DNA of 56,079 nt from assembly GCF_003031585.1 (NCBI RefSeq), contig NZ_PWAA01000009.1, positions 1 through 56,079 of the forward strand. The letters are read 5' to 3'. Position 1 is the stretch's first letter. Every line of letters begins with the position of its first letter. The notes under the pieces were generated by a model, which was not told the DNA's origin, did no database searches, and saw only the letters and a list, made by a program, of their open reading frames with translations. The stretch comes from Thalassobius sp. I31.1. Lineage in GTDB: Bacteria; Pseudomonadota; Alphaproteobacteria; Rhodobacterales; Rhodobacteraceae. The position numbers and the translations under genes are program-made. Positions 9,646-17,802 of the stretch are shown piece by piece.

Positions 9646-9927
9646 ATGATCCGTTCGGAACTTATTCAATCCATCGCGGATGAAAATCCGCATCTTTATC
9701 AACGCGATGTGGAACGCATCGTAAACACTGTGTTTGATGAAATAACAGAAGCAATGGTCCGTGGCGACCGCGTAGAACTACGTGGTTTCGGGGCGTTTTC
9801 TGTTAAACAACGTGAGGCACGTACGGGGCGTAATCCACGCACCGGTGAATCTGTTGAAGTGCCCGCAAAAAATGTGCCGTTCTTTAAGACGGGTAAACTA
9901 CTGCGAGACCGGCTTAACGGAAAGTAA
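9646..9927 (+). CDS. ihfB: Integration host factor subunit beta
   Basis: 93 aa. HU/IHF fold signature [41 protein letters not shown]. Confidence 0.9.
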   Translation: MIRSELIQSIADENPHLYQRDVERIVNTVFDEITEAMVRGDRVELRGFGAFSVKQREARTGRNPRTGESVEVPAKNVPFFKTGKLLRDRLNGK

Positions 9928-9930
9928 CGA

Positions 9931-10284
9931 ATGCGCTATCTTAAATATCTGTTTCTTGCCGCTCTGGCTTTTGTGCTGATTACAGTTGCATTGGCCAATC
10001 GTGGATTTGTTTCGCTTTATCTGCTGCCGCCGGAATTGTCCGCTATTCTGGGCCTTTCAGGTGAACCGCTGCAACTGCCGCTTTTTGTGGTTGTCGTTGG
10101 CGGGATCATCGCAGGTCTGCTGATCGGCTTTGTCTGGGAATGGCTGCGCGAAATGAAATTCCGTGGTACAGCGCGTCAGGCTGAGAAGCTGAAGAAAGAA
10201 GTGGAAACTCTGCGGGCGACGACATCGGCAGAAAAAGGTGGCAAGGCCGATGATGTGCTGGCGCTTCTGGAAAGCAAAGCATAA
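9931..10284 (+). CDS. LapA/DUF1049 family inner-membrane protein
   Basis: Two TM segments followed by a charged coiled tail. Conserved placement downstream of ihfB in alphaproteobacteria. Confidence 0.65.
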   Translation: MRYLKYLFLAALAFVLITVALANRGFVSLYLLPPELSAILGLSGEPLQLPLFVVVVGGIIAGLLIGFVWEWLREMKFRGTARQAEKLKKEVETLRATTSAEKGGKADDVLALLESKA

Positions 10285-10313
10285 GCTGCCACAAAAAGGC
10301 AGGGCATCAGAAT

Positions 10314-10967
10314 ATGACCACCAGTGTTAAGATTTGCGGTCTCACGACCACTGATGATGTGGCTGCAGTTGCTGCCGCCGGGGCCCGTTATGCGGGCCTT
10401 GTGTTTTTTGCGAAATCCCCCCGACATCTTGAGATTGACCAGGCGCGCACTCTGGCGCTTGAGATCCCGGAAGGGGTGGCGAAGGTTGCGCTGACAGTGA
10501 ATGCAGATGATGCCACGCTGGACGCGATCACCGCGCAAGTGCCGCTGGATGTGTTACAGCTGCACGGCAAAGAAAGCGTTGAACGTGTGCAGGAAGTACG
10601 TGCGCGTTATGGACTTCCGGTGATGAAAGCCATCGGGATTGCGGATGAAGCGGATCTTGCGCAAATCAGCACCTACACCCAGGTTGCGGACCAGCTGCTG
10701 ATTGACGCCAAACCGCCAAAACACGCCGATCTGCCCGGGGGAAATGGTCTGGCTTTTGACTGGCGTTTGCTGGCCGGGCGTCGCTGGGCCACACCATGGA
10801 TGCTGGCGGGCGGGCTGAACCCGGAAAATGTCGCAGAGGCCATCCACCTGACGGGCGCAACGCAGGTTGACGTTTCCTCTGGTGTTGAGAGCGCGCCAGG
10901 CGTAAAGAATGCAAAGAAGATAGCGGATTTCGTCCAGGCGGCGACAAATCCCGTGCCACGTTTCTGA
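10314..10967 (+). CDS. trpF: N-(5'-phosphoribosyl)anthranilate isomerase
   Basis: KICGLT N-terminal motif and TIM-barrel size. Sits upstream of trpB. Confidence 0.85.
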   Translation: MTTSVKICGLTTTDDVAAVAAAGARYAGLVFFAKSPRHLEIDQARTLALEIPEGVAKVALTVNADDATLDAITAQVPLDVLQLHGKESVERVQEVRARYGLPVMKAIGIADEADLAQISTYTQVADQLLIDAKPPKHADLPGGNGLAFDWRLLAGRRWATPWMLAGGLNPENVAEAIHLTGATQVDVSSGVESAPGVKNAKKIADFVQAATNPVPRF

Positions 10968-10978
10968 GGGGAAAAACT

Positions 10979-12214
10979 ATGGATGATCTGTTCAACAGCT
11001 TTATGAACGGACCGGATGAAAACGGACGTTTTGGTGATTTTGGCGGGCGTTTCGTGTCTGAAACCCTGATGCCTCTGATCCTTGATCTTGAGGAAGAATA
11101 CGAACGTGCGAAAGTTGACCCGGAATTCCACGCGGAAATGGATGACCTGTGGAAACATTACGTCGGTCGCCCAAGCCCGCTGTATTATGCCGAACGCATG
11201 ACCGAAGCTCTGGGTGGCGCGAAGATTTACCTGAAACGTGACGAGCTGAACCACACCGGCGCGCATAAGATCAACAACGTGCTGGGTCAGATCCTGCTGG
11301 CGCGTCGTATGGGTAAAACCCGGATCATTGCGGAAACCGGCGCAGGTCAGCACGGTGTTGCGACTGCAACCGTCTGTGCGCGTTTTGGTCTGGAATGCAT
11401 CGTTTACATGGGGGCCCATGACGTTGAACGTCAGGCGCCAAACGTGTTCCGCATGAAATTGCTGGGTGCAAAAGTTGTGCCTGTGACTTCTGGCCGTGGC
11501 ACGCTGAAAGATGCGATGAACGATGCGCTGCGCGACTGGGTGACCAATGTGCGCGACACGTTCTACTGTATTGGTACCGTGGCCGGTCCACACCCATACC
11601 CTGCGATGGTGCGTGATTTCCAGGCGATTATTGGCCAAGAAACCAAGGTTCAGCTGCAAGAACATGAGGGCGAAGGCCGTCTGCCCGATACCATCATCGC
11701 GGCGATTGGCGGCGGGTCCAACGCGATGGGCCTGTTCTTCCCGTTCCTTGATGATCAGTCCGTCAATATCGTTGGTGTTGAAGCCGGCGGCAAAGGCGTG
11801 AATGAAAAGATGGAACACTGCGCGTCGCTGACCGGTGGCCGTCCTGGCGTTCTGCACGGCAACCGCACCTATCTGTTGCAGGATGATGACGGACAGATCC
11901 TTGAAGGATTTTCGATCTCTGCGGGTCTGGATTATCCGGGCATTGGCCCTGAACATTCCTGGCTGCATGACATTGGCCGCGCGCAATATGTGTCGATCAC
12001 CGACACCGAAGCTCTGGAAGCTTTCCAGTTCTGCTGTACGCAGGAAGGCATTATCCCGGCGCTGGAACCCTCCCACGCATTGGCCCATGTGATGAAGATG
12101 GCGCCAACCCTGCCTAAAGACCATATCATCGTGATGAACATGTGTGGTCGCGGCGATAAAGACATCTTCACCGTGGCCAAGGCCCTTGGCGTTGACATGA
12201 CCGAGAGCGACTGA
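10979..12214 (+). CDS. trpB: Tryptophan synthase beta chain
   Basis: PLP-site HTGAHKINN and GGGSNA motifs. 411 aa. Confidence 0.95.
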   Translation: MDDLFNSFMNGPDENGRFGDFGGRFVSETLMPLILDLEEEYERAKVDPEFHAEMDDLWKHYVGRPSPLYYAERMTEALGGAKIYLKRDELNHTGAHKINNVLGQILLARRMGKTRIIAETGAGQHGVATATVCARFGLECIVYMGAHDVERQAPNVFRMKLLGAKVVPVTSGRGTLKDAMNDALRDWVTNVRDTFYCIGTVAGPHPYPAMVRDFQAIIGQETKVQLQEHEGEGRLPDTIIAAIGGGSNAMGLFFPFLDDQSVNIVGVEAGGKGVNEKMEHCASLTGGRPGVLHGNRTYLLQDDDGQILEGFSISAGLDYPGIGPEHSWLHDIGRAQYVSITDTEALEAFQFCCTQEGIIPALEPSHALAHVMKMAPTLPKDHIIVMNMCGRGDKDIFTVAKALGVDMTESD

Positions 12215-12230
12215 TCATTGATCACAGAAT

Positions 12231-12265
12231 AAAAAAGGGCCGGGGTAATGATCCCCGGCCTTTTT
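12231..12265. terminator. Bidirectional rho-independent terminator (trpB on + and the HD gene on -).
   Basis: A-run, GGCCGGGG stem, loop, CCCCGGCC, then T-run. Confidence 0.7.
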
Positions 12266-12270
12266 GCGTT

Positions 12271-12888
12271 TTAGTCTTCTGCTGTTTCATTTAGTTCCAT
12301 ATGGCCTTCGCCTTTGGACAGTAGCTTGCGGAGCATGGGTTCAAAGAATTCCAGTGGTTTTGTCGGATAGTCCGGATCAAAGGCGCATTGGTCATATTCA
12401 TGGCAGAAATAGCGGCAGTCTTCCCAAAACGGGCTGTCGCGGTATTTGTCGCGTGCATTGCGATCGCCGCCCAGGTGGTGGTTGTAATAATAGCCCTGGA
12501 AAACGCAGTGATGTTTCAGGATCCAGTAGCAGCGTTCGCTGACGTAAGGCTTCATCATCGCCGCAGCCAGTTCGCCGTGGTTGTAAGGGGACAGAATATC
12601 ACCGGTGTCATGGACCAGGGCCGCGACGATAATTTCCTCATCCGCACCATCTTCATAAGCGCGGGTCGCCGCCTGCAGGGAATGCTGATAGCGATTCACA
12701 GGGTAGGGTGTCCAGGCCTCATCCAGCGATTTGATCGCCTCCAGGATCCGGTCGGGCAGGGCGGCGTTATAGGCGTCTTCATAATCCATCACCGCCAGGA
12801 AATCTTCCCGCGTGGCGTTTTCAAAACTGGTCCAGGTGGGTTTGTGGCGGTGTTCCGCGTCATCTGGCGCGTGAAGGGTGTCTGGCAT
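12271..12888 (-). CDS. HD-domain protein of the MIOX/PhnZ-like superfamily (putative metal-dependent oxygenase/phosphohydrolase).
   Basis: His/Asp-rich with an LVHDTGD motif and several conserved His. About 205 aa. Family assignment is from memory only. Confidence 0.5.
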   Translation of the reverse strand: MPDTLHAPDDAEHRHKPTWTSFENATREDFLAVMDYEDAYNAALPDRILEAIKSLDEAWTPYPVNRYQHSLQAATRAYEDGADEEIIVAALVHDTGDILSPYNHGELAAAMMKPYVSERCYWILKHHCVFQGYYYNHHLGGDRNARDKYRDSPFWEDCRYFCHEYDQCAFDPDYPTKPLEFFEPMLRKLLSKGEGHMELNETAED

Positions 12889-12987
12889 CGGGCTGTCCTT
12901 CCATTATCGGTTGCCCACAGAATGCCGCGCTTACGCTGATAAATAAAACGAATTGATTTTATCAGTCTAAGCGAAAATAGTGATCTG

Positions 12988-13823
12988 ATGCAGATTGAAG
13001 CGATTGAAACATTTCTGGTGATCCTGCGCGAAGGCAGCTTTCACGCCGCCGCCCGCAGCTTGTCCGTCGCACAGACAACAGTGACCGCGCGTATCCGGGC
13101 GCTGGAAGACCACCTTGGTGCGGATCTGTTCACGCGTGACGGGCGGCGCGTCAGTGTCACGGATTTTGGCCGGCAATTTGAAACCTACGCCTGCGAAATG
13201 GTGCATCTCTGGCATATGGCCAGCCGGGATCTGCCAGGACGTGCGCGGGGCAGGCGGCCTTTGCGTATGGGTGCTGCGCTGAGTATCTGGGATCCGTTGC
13301 TGACCGATCTTGCCGTGCAGCTGGACGGCGCGGGTGAAGATCACCTGCTGACGCTTGATTTTGATCACACGATGGATGTGCATCAGGCGGTGGCCGGGCA
13401 TATCCTTGATATCGCTCTGACGCCGGAACACCCCGCGCAGACCGGGTTGCATGTGCTGGAACTCGCACCGGAACGCCTGCATCTGGTGGAGGTTTCCGGG
13501 CCCGATGGCCGGGTGCCGGATCGTTTCATCGATCTGCGCCTGGGGGGCACTATGACGTTGCCGTGAAACGCTATGTGGCGGATGCACCGGGGCATTCTGT
13601 CTTTCTTGGCAATTGCACCATGGCCCTGCGTTATCTGCGTGGGCGCGGCGGGCGCGGGTTCTTTCCGGCGGCTTTTCTGGAGGGCCTGGACGGGGTTCAG
13701 CGTGGCGGGACACAGATTGAAATGCCACTTTATCTGATTTGCCGGGATGATGCGGAATTTATCGACCGGGCGACAGAACTGGCCCGGATCATCACGGATT
13801 TGCGAAATGGGGTGGCGGAATAA
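12988..13823 (+). pseudogene. LysR-family transcriptional regulator split by a frameshift. The N-terminal HTH and substrate-binding part runs 12988..13566 (frame 1); the C-terminal substrate-binding part runs about 13410..13823 (frame 0).
   Basis: HTH signature FHAAARSLSVAQTTVTARIRALEDHLGADLF lies in the first ORF. The second frame carries LysR C-terminal features (FLGNCTMALRYLRGRGGRGFFPAAFLEGLDG, AEFIDR). A G6 run at 13542-13547 lies in the overlap. The combined length of about 278 aa fits LysR. Confidence 0.6.
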
Positions 13824-14088
13824 GTTGCTCTGACAAGGTGAAAGACGAAAGGATCCTGACAATATCCCGGACTACCTTTCCATTTATTGCGCGGATGGGT
13901 AATTTTGTTGCGTATGGATCACGAGTGTTTCCCTTGGGTAATGCAATGTTTGCGATAATATTTATGGCTGCCTATAACGGCATTCCGGTCTGAACGATGC
14001 GGATCCAAGCGGTTTGGGGTGATCACCCAACCGGTGCGCCGGGCACTGCCCTTGCGTATGCCTGGACTGCGGATGACAGAGTGGACAT

Positions 14089-14160
14089 GACTTTGTAGCT
14101 CAGGGGTAGAGCGGTAGATTTAGCTTCTATTGGCCGAAGGTTCGATTCCTTCCAAAGTCA
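14089..14160 (+). tRNA. tRNA-like gene 1. Cloverleaf with anticodon UAG and a type-I short variable loop; C at position 37; no encoded CCA. Atypical.
   Basis: Acceptor GACTTTG/CAAAGTC is a perfect 7 bp. D-arm TAGCTCAGGGGTAGAGC. Anticodon arm GTAGA-TTTAGCT-TCTAT. T-arm GAAGGTTCGATTCCTTC. Discriminator A. Confidence 0.55.
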
Positions 14161-14162
14161 CT

Positions 14163-14235
14163 ATAAATGTAGCTCATTTGGTAGAGCATCAGATTTAGGT
14201 TCTGGGTGTAGCAGGTTCGATTCCTGCCATTTGAA
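14163..14235 (+). tRNA. tRNA-like gene 2. Anticodon UAG; the anticodon arm is identical to a Leu(UAG) arm but the variable loop is only 5 nt (type I); A1/A72 mismatch.
   Basis: D-arm TAGCTCATTTGGTAGAGC. Anticodon arm TCAGA-TTTAGGT-TCTGG. T-arm GCAGGTTCGATTCCTGC. Acceptor ATAAATG/CATTTGA pairs at 6 of 7 positions. Discriminator A. Confidence 0.5.
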
Positions 14236-14667
14236 AGGCGTTAATCCGCCACCGGCTTTCCACGCCGGCCCGCGTAAGCGGTCCAACATTTCGGGTTCCG
14301 GATCCACCCCTTGCGGGCGGGTCTGCGCGAAATCATCAAAGGTTCCGGCCGGTGATGTGCTTGCAAAGCCCCTTCCTGCTCTGGCCCTGTGCCGGGAGGA
14401 TGCTGACGGTCTGATGGCCCTTTTGCCGATGCTTTTCCTGTTCGCAGGGGATACATCCGCAGGGGGCGATGACGGCCCGCTCGTGTCTTCTTCGCCCGGG
14501 GGCATGGCCAGGGGAGGGTCCGGTTCCCTCACTTATTCAGCGCATCTGCGCCCCGATTTTTAATGCGCCTTTGCGCAACACACCTGTCAGGCAATTCGGC
14601 CTGCAACCCCAATCAAAACAGTGAAGGAGTTCGCTTTGCGACGACGACGACAAACGAGGAAAATGAA

Positions 14668-15813
14668 ATGACTGTATTTGAAACGCTTACTGACCGGCTG
14701 AAAGGTCAGACACGGATTACCCTTTCCGAAACCCAGCGGATGCTGGTGCTGCGGGACGGGAAAATTGACACCATCCTGACCCCGGGCCGTCATGCAGTGG
14801 CGCAGAAACGGGTTGAGATAAGCAATTACAGCATTTCGACACCCCGTTTTGAATCGCCGCTGGTGGATGTTCTTGTGAAAGATCACCGCGATCTGGTGGA
14901 AGAACACTTTTTTGAAGTGCGCACCGGTCCGGATGAAATCGCTGTTGTGATCCGGAATGGTCGCGCCCATGGGGTGATCACCCAGGATCAGAACTGGCTG
15001 TTCTGGAAAGATGCCGGCCCGTGGGAGATCGAGCGGATCGATGTTTCTGAAACACATGCGGTGCCGGTGAAACTGGCGCAGCGTCTGTTGCGGTCTTCTT
15101 TGTCCCGTACGCTGACCTCTTTTGAGGTTGCAAGCGGGAAGGTTGGCGTTCTGACCATTGACGGGGCTGAGGCGGGGTTGCTGCAACCGGGCACGCATTG
15201 GTTCTGGGTTCTTGGCCGCAAACATATGGTGAAGCTTGTGGAAACCCGCTGGCAGACCCATGAGGTGACGGGCCAGGAGATCCTGACCAAAGACCGTGTG
15301 ACCCTGCGGGTGAACCTGAGCGCGGATTACCGTGTGACTGACCCGCTGAAAGCCACACGTTCGGTCAAGGATTTTTCCGAAGCCCTGCACCTGGCGGTTC
15401 AGCTTGCTTTCCGGCGTACTCTGGGGGCGGTGACACTGGATGCGCTTCTGGCCGATAAGCTGGTCGTCAATACTGAGGCGGCAGATGCCGTGCGTGCTGA
15501 AATGGCTGCCATCGGGATTGAGGTGGGCGAGATCGCGTTGAAAGATGTGATCCTGCCTGGCGAAATGCGGGAACTGCTGAACCAGGTCGTTGCCGCCCAG
15601 AAAGAAGCCGAGGCCAATGTCATTCGCCGGCGCGAGGAAACGAACGCAACCCGTTCGCTTCTGAACACCGCGAAGGTTATGTCCGAGAACCCGGTGATGC
15701 TGCGCCTGAAAGAACTTGAGGCGCTGGAAACCATCGCCGGAAAGGTCGAACGCCTGACCGTGCACAACGGCACCGAAGGGTTGATGGGGGATATTGTGCG
15801 TCTGCGCGACTGA
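14668..15813 (+). CDS. SPFH/band-7 (stomatin/prohibitin-like) domain protein with no N-terminal transmembrane anchor.
   Basis: ATG at 14668 with a GAGGA RBS. The C-terminal half carries an SPFH core (ILTKDRVTLRVNLSADYRV...AIGIEVGEIALKDVILPGEM...AAQKEAEA). The N-terminal 200 aa are a second, degenerate SPFH-like segment. No hydrophobic helix. Confidence 0.7.
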   Translation: MTVFETLTDRLKGQTRITLSETQRMLVLRDGKIDTILTPGRHAVAQKRVEISNYSISTPRFESPLVDVLVKDHRDLVEEHFFEVRTGPDEIAVVIRNGRAHGVITQDQNWLFWKDAGPWEIERIDVSETHAVPVKLAQRLLRSSLSRTLTSFEVASGKVGVLTIDGAEAGLLQPGTHWFWVLGRKHMVKLVETRWQTHEVTGQEILTKDRVTLRVNLSADYRVTDPLKATRSVKDFSEALHLAVQLAFRRTLGAVTLDALLADKLVVNTEAADAVRAEMAAIGIEVGEIALKDVILPGEMRELLNQVVAAQKEAEANVIRRREETNATRSLLNTAKVMSENPVMLRLKELEALETIAGKVERLTVHNGTEGLMGDIVRLRD

Positions 15814-15835
15814 TCCCTGAGCCTTCAGAAAAAAG

Positions 15836-15870
15836 AAACCCCGCCGGTCGTCTGACAGGCGGGGTTTTTT
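15836..15870 (+). terminator. Rho-independent terminator after the SPFH gene.
   Basis: AACCCCGCC...GGCGGGGTT stem followed by a T6 run. Confidence 0.75.
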
Positions 15871-15904
15871 GTGGCATAATCGGGTTGTTAATGAGGGGAT
15901 TTTT

Positions 15905-16291
15905 ATGAAGAGACCACAGTTTGAAGATCTTACTGAAGAACAACAGCTGAATTTCGGGAATGGGGTCGGGCCATATTGGTTGCCGGAAAAGGCCCGGGAT
16001 TTCATTACAAAAACCGCCAGCTGGTTCTTTAAGTCCGCAAGCTGGCGGCATCATGATTTTGGTTATGCTGTGGGCGGGGATCGCTGGGACCGGGCGCGTT
16101 GTGACTGGAAATTTTACGCCGCCATGCTGAAGGATGCTTTTTGTCAGAATTATCTGTTGATCACACTTTGGCCTGCACTGCTTCTGGCCACGTCGTTTTA
16201 TATCGCGGTGCGTATCGGCGGGCAGCTTGGGTCGTTTGAGTACCGCAAATGCTACGCCACGCTGCAGGAAATTATCGACACATATACATAA
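15905..16291 (+). CDS. Prokaryotic phospholipase A2-like (PF09056-like) protein with a C-terminal hydrophobic segment.
   Basis: WRHHDFGYAV and RARCDWKFYAAMLKDA resemble the catalytic HDFGY block and the following CD..FY..M block of Streptomyces-type PLA2. GAGGGG RBS. The C-terminal segment LLITLWPALLLATSFYIAV looks like a TM helix. GC is lower than in the neighbours. Confidence 0.5.
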   Translation: MKRPQFEDLTEEQQLNFGNGVGPYWLPEKARDFITKTASWFFKSASWRHHDFGYAVGGDRWDRARCDWKFYAAMLKDAFCQNYLLITLWPALLLATSFYIAVRIGGQLGSFEYRKCYATLQEIIDTYT

Positions 16292-16416
16292 GCCTGGGTG
16301 CGACAGAAAATACCCAGGTAAAATAATCAGATTGTCATTCCTGATTTTTTTAGTAGGTTATGCGAGAATCTTATCTGGCTGCCTTTTGCGGCCTGTCTGA
16401 AACACAGGGACATAAC

Positions 16417-17688
16417 ATGAAATCTCTTATTCTTGCGACTTCCGCGCTTGCGCTGACTGCGGGTGCTGCACTTGCAGACGGCCATGCTGTCAGCAAATCC
16501 GACGTTCTGACCAACTATGCGAATATTGCGCATGCGAAATATGAAGACAGCCTTCTGACCGCACGTGTGCTGGGCGACGCTGTAGACGCGCTGATCGCGA
16601 TACCATCGGCTGAAAACCTCGAAGCCGCAAAAGAAGCCTGGTTGGCCGCCCGTGTGCCTTACCAGCAGACCGAAGTTTACCGTTTCGGTAACGCTGCCGT
16701 GGATGACTGGGAAGGCAAAGTAAACGCTTGGCCATTGGACGAAGGCCTGATCGATTATGTTGGCACCGCTTACGGTGGCCCGACTGACGAAAACGAACTG
16801 GCGGCGCTGAACGTGATTGCCAACCCGACCTTCTCTTTGTCCGGCGCAGAAATTGACGCATCCGCGATCACACCTGCACTGCTGGAAGGTACTCTGCACG
16901 AAGCAGACGGCGTAGAAGCGAACGTTGCAACCGGCTACCACGCGATTGAATTCCTGCTCTGGGGCCAGGACAACAACGGCACCGATCACGGCGCGGGCGA
17001 TCGTTCCTGGACAGATTATGCGGCGGGCAATGTCTGCACCGGCGGCAACTGTGACCGTCGCGGCGAATACCTGAAAGCGGCGACTGATCTGCTGATCTCT
17101 GACCTTGAATTCATGACAGCAGAATGGGCTGATGGCGGCGAAGCACGCGGCACTGTTCTGGGTGATGAAGATGCGGGTATCGTTGCAATGCTGACCGGCA
17201 TGGGTTCCCTGTCCTACGGTGAGCAAGCGGGTGAGCGTATGAAGCTTGGCGTTCTGCTGAACGACCCTGAGGAAGAGCACGACTGTTTCTCTGATAACAC
17301 CCACAACAGCCACTATTACGATGGTCTGGGCGTGCAGAACGTGTACCTCGGCGAATATGTGCGTGTGAACGGCGAACTGGTGTCTGGCGCGTCCCTTGCT
17401 GATCTTGTGTCCCATGAAGATGCGGCTCTGGATGCTGAAATGCAGTCCAAACTGTCCACCACTATGCTGGCGCTGGGTCGTATCAAGACCGCTGCGGAAG
17501 CTGGTTTCTCTTATGACCAGATGCTGGCGCAGGGCAATGAAGCGGGTGAAGCCCTGATCATGGGCGGCGTGAACGGCCTGGTTGATCAGACCCAGTCTAT
17601 TGAACGCGTTGTTGCGGTTCTGGGTCTTGACGGGATTGAGTTCGAAGGTTCCGATTCCCTCGACAACCCTGGTTCTGTGTTCGAATAA
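16417..17688 (+). CDS. Imelysin (peptidase M75 / IrpA-like) family periplasmic protein
   Basis: Signal peptide MKSLILATSALALTAGAALA. HxxE motif GYHAIEFLLWGQD. About 420 aa. Confidence 0.8.
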   Translation: MKSLILATSALALTAGAALADGHAVSKSDVLTNYANIAHAKYEDSLLTARVLGDAVDALIAIPSAENLEAAKEAWLAARVPYQQTEVYRFGNAAVDDWEGKVNAWPLDEGLIDYVGTAYGGPTDENELAALNVIANPTFSLSGAEIDASAITPALLEGTLHEADGVEANVATGYHAIEFLLWGQDNNGTDHGAGDRSWTDYAAGNVCTGGNCDRRGEYLKAATDLLISDLEFMTAEWADGGEARGTVLGDEDAGIVAMLTGMGSLSYGEQAGERMKLGVLLNDPEEEHDCFSDNTHNSHYYDGLGVQNVYLGEYVRVNGELVSGASLADLVSHEDAALDAEMQSKLSTTMLALGRIKTAAEAGFSYDQMLAQGNEAGEALIMGGVNGLVDQTQSIERVVAVLGLDGIEFEGSDSLDNPGSVFE

Positions 17689-17802
17689 AACACGGGGGCA
17701 GGGGGGCGGTTTGTCCCCTTGCCCATCCACTGGCCGCCTGTCCATATCAGGCAAAACGCTGTGACTTGCGCGAGGTGACAGCCAGAAAGAAAAGCGAAAT
17801 TC

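Noticed and set aside
9782-9979. 65-aa + strand ORF overlapping ihfB and the downstream gene
   Set aside because: It is an out-of-frame overlap with two well-supported genes. Spurious.
10673-12124. 483-aa ORF on the minus strand
   Set aside because: It is antisense to trpB, which has unmistakable motifs. Long antisense ORFs are expected in high-GC DNA. Similar antisense ORFs occur at 14587..16005 (opposite SPFH), 16327..17754 (opposite imelysin), 26090..26725 (opposite clpA), 47968..49278 (opposite the amidohydrolase/aminotransferase) and 7582..8634 (opposite rpsA).
14161-14532. 123-aa minus-strand ORF (Pro/Arg/Gly-rich)
   Set aside because: It overlaps both tRNA-like genes. Its composition is typical of a GC-rich non-coding frame. 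No RBS.
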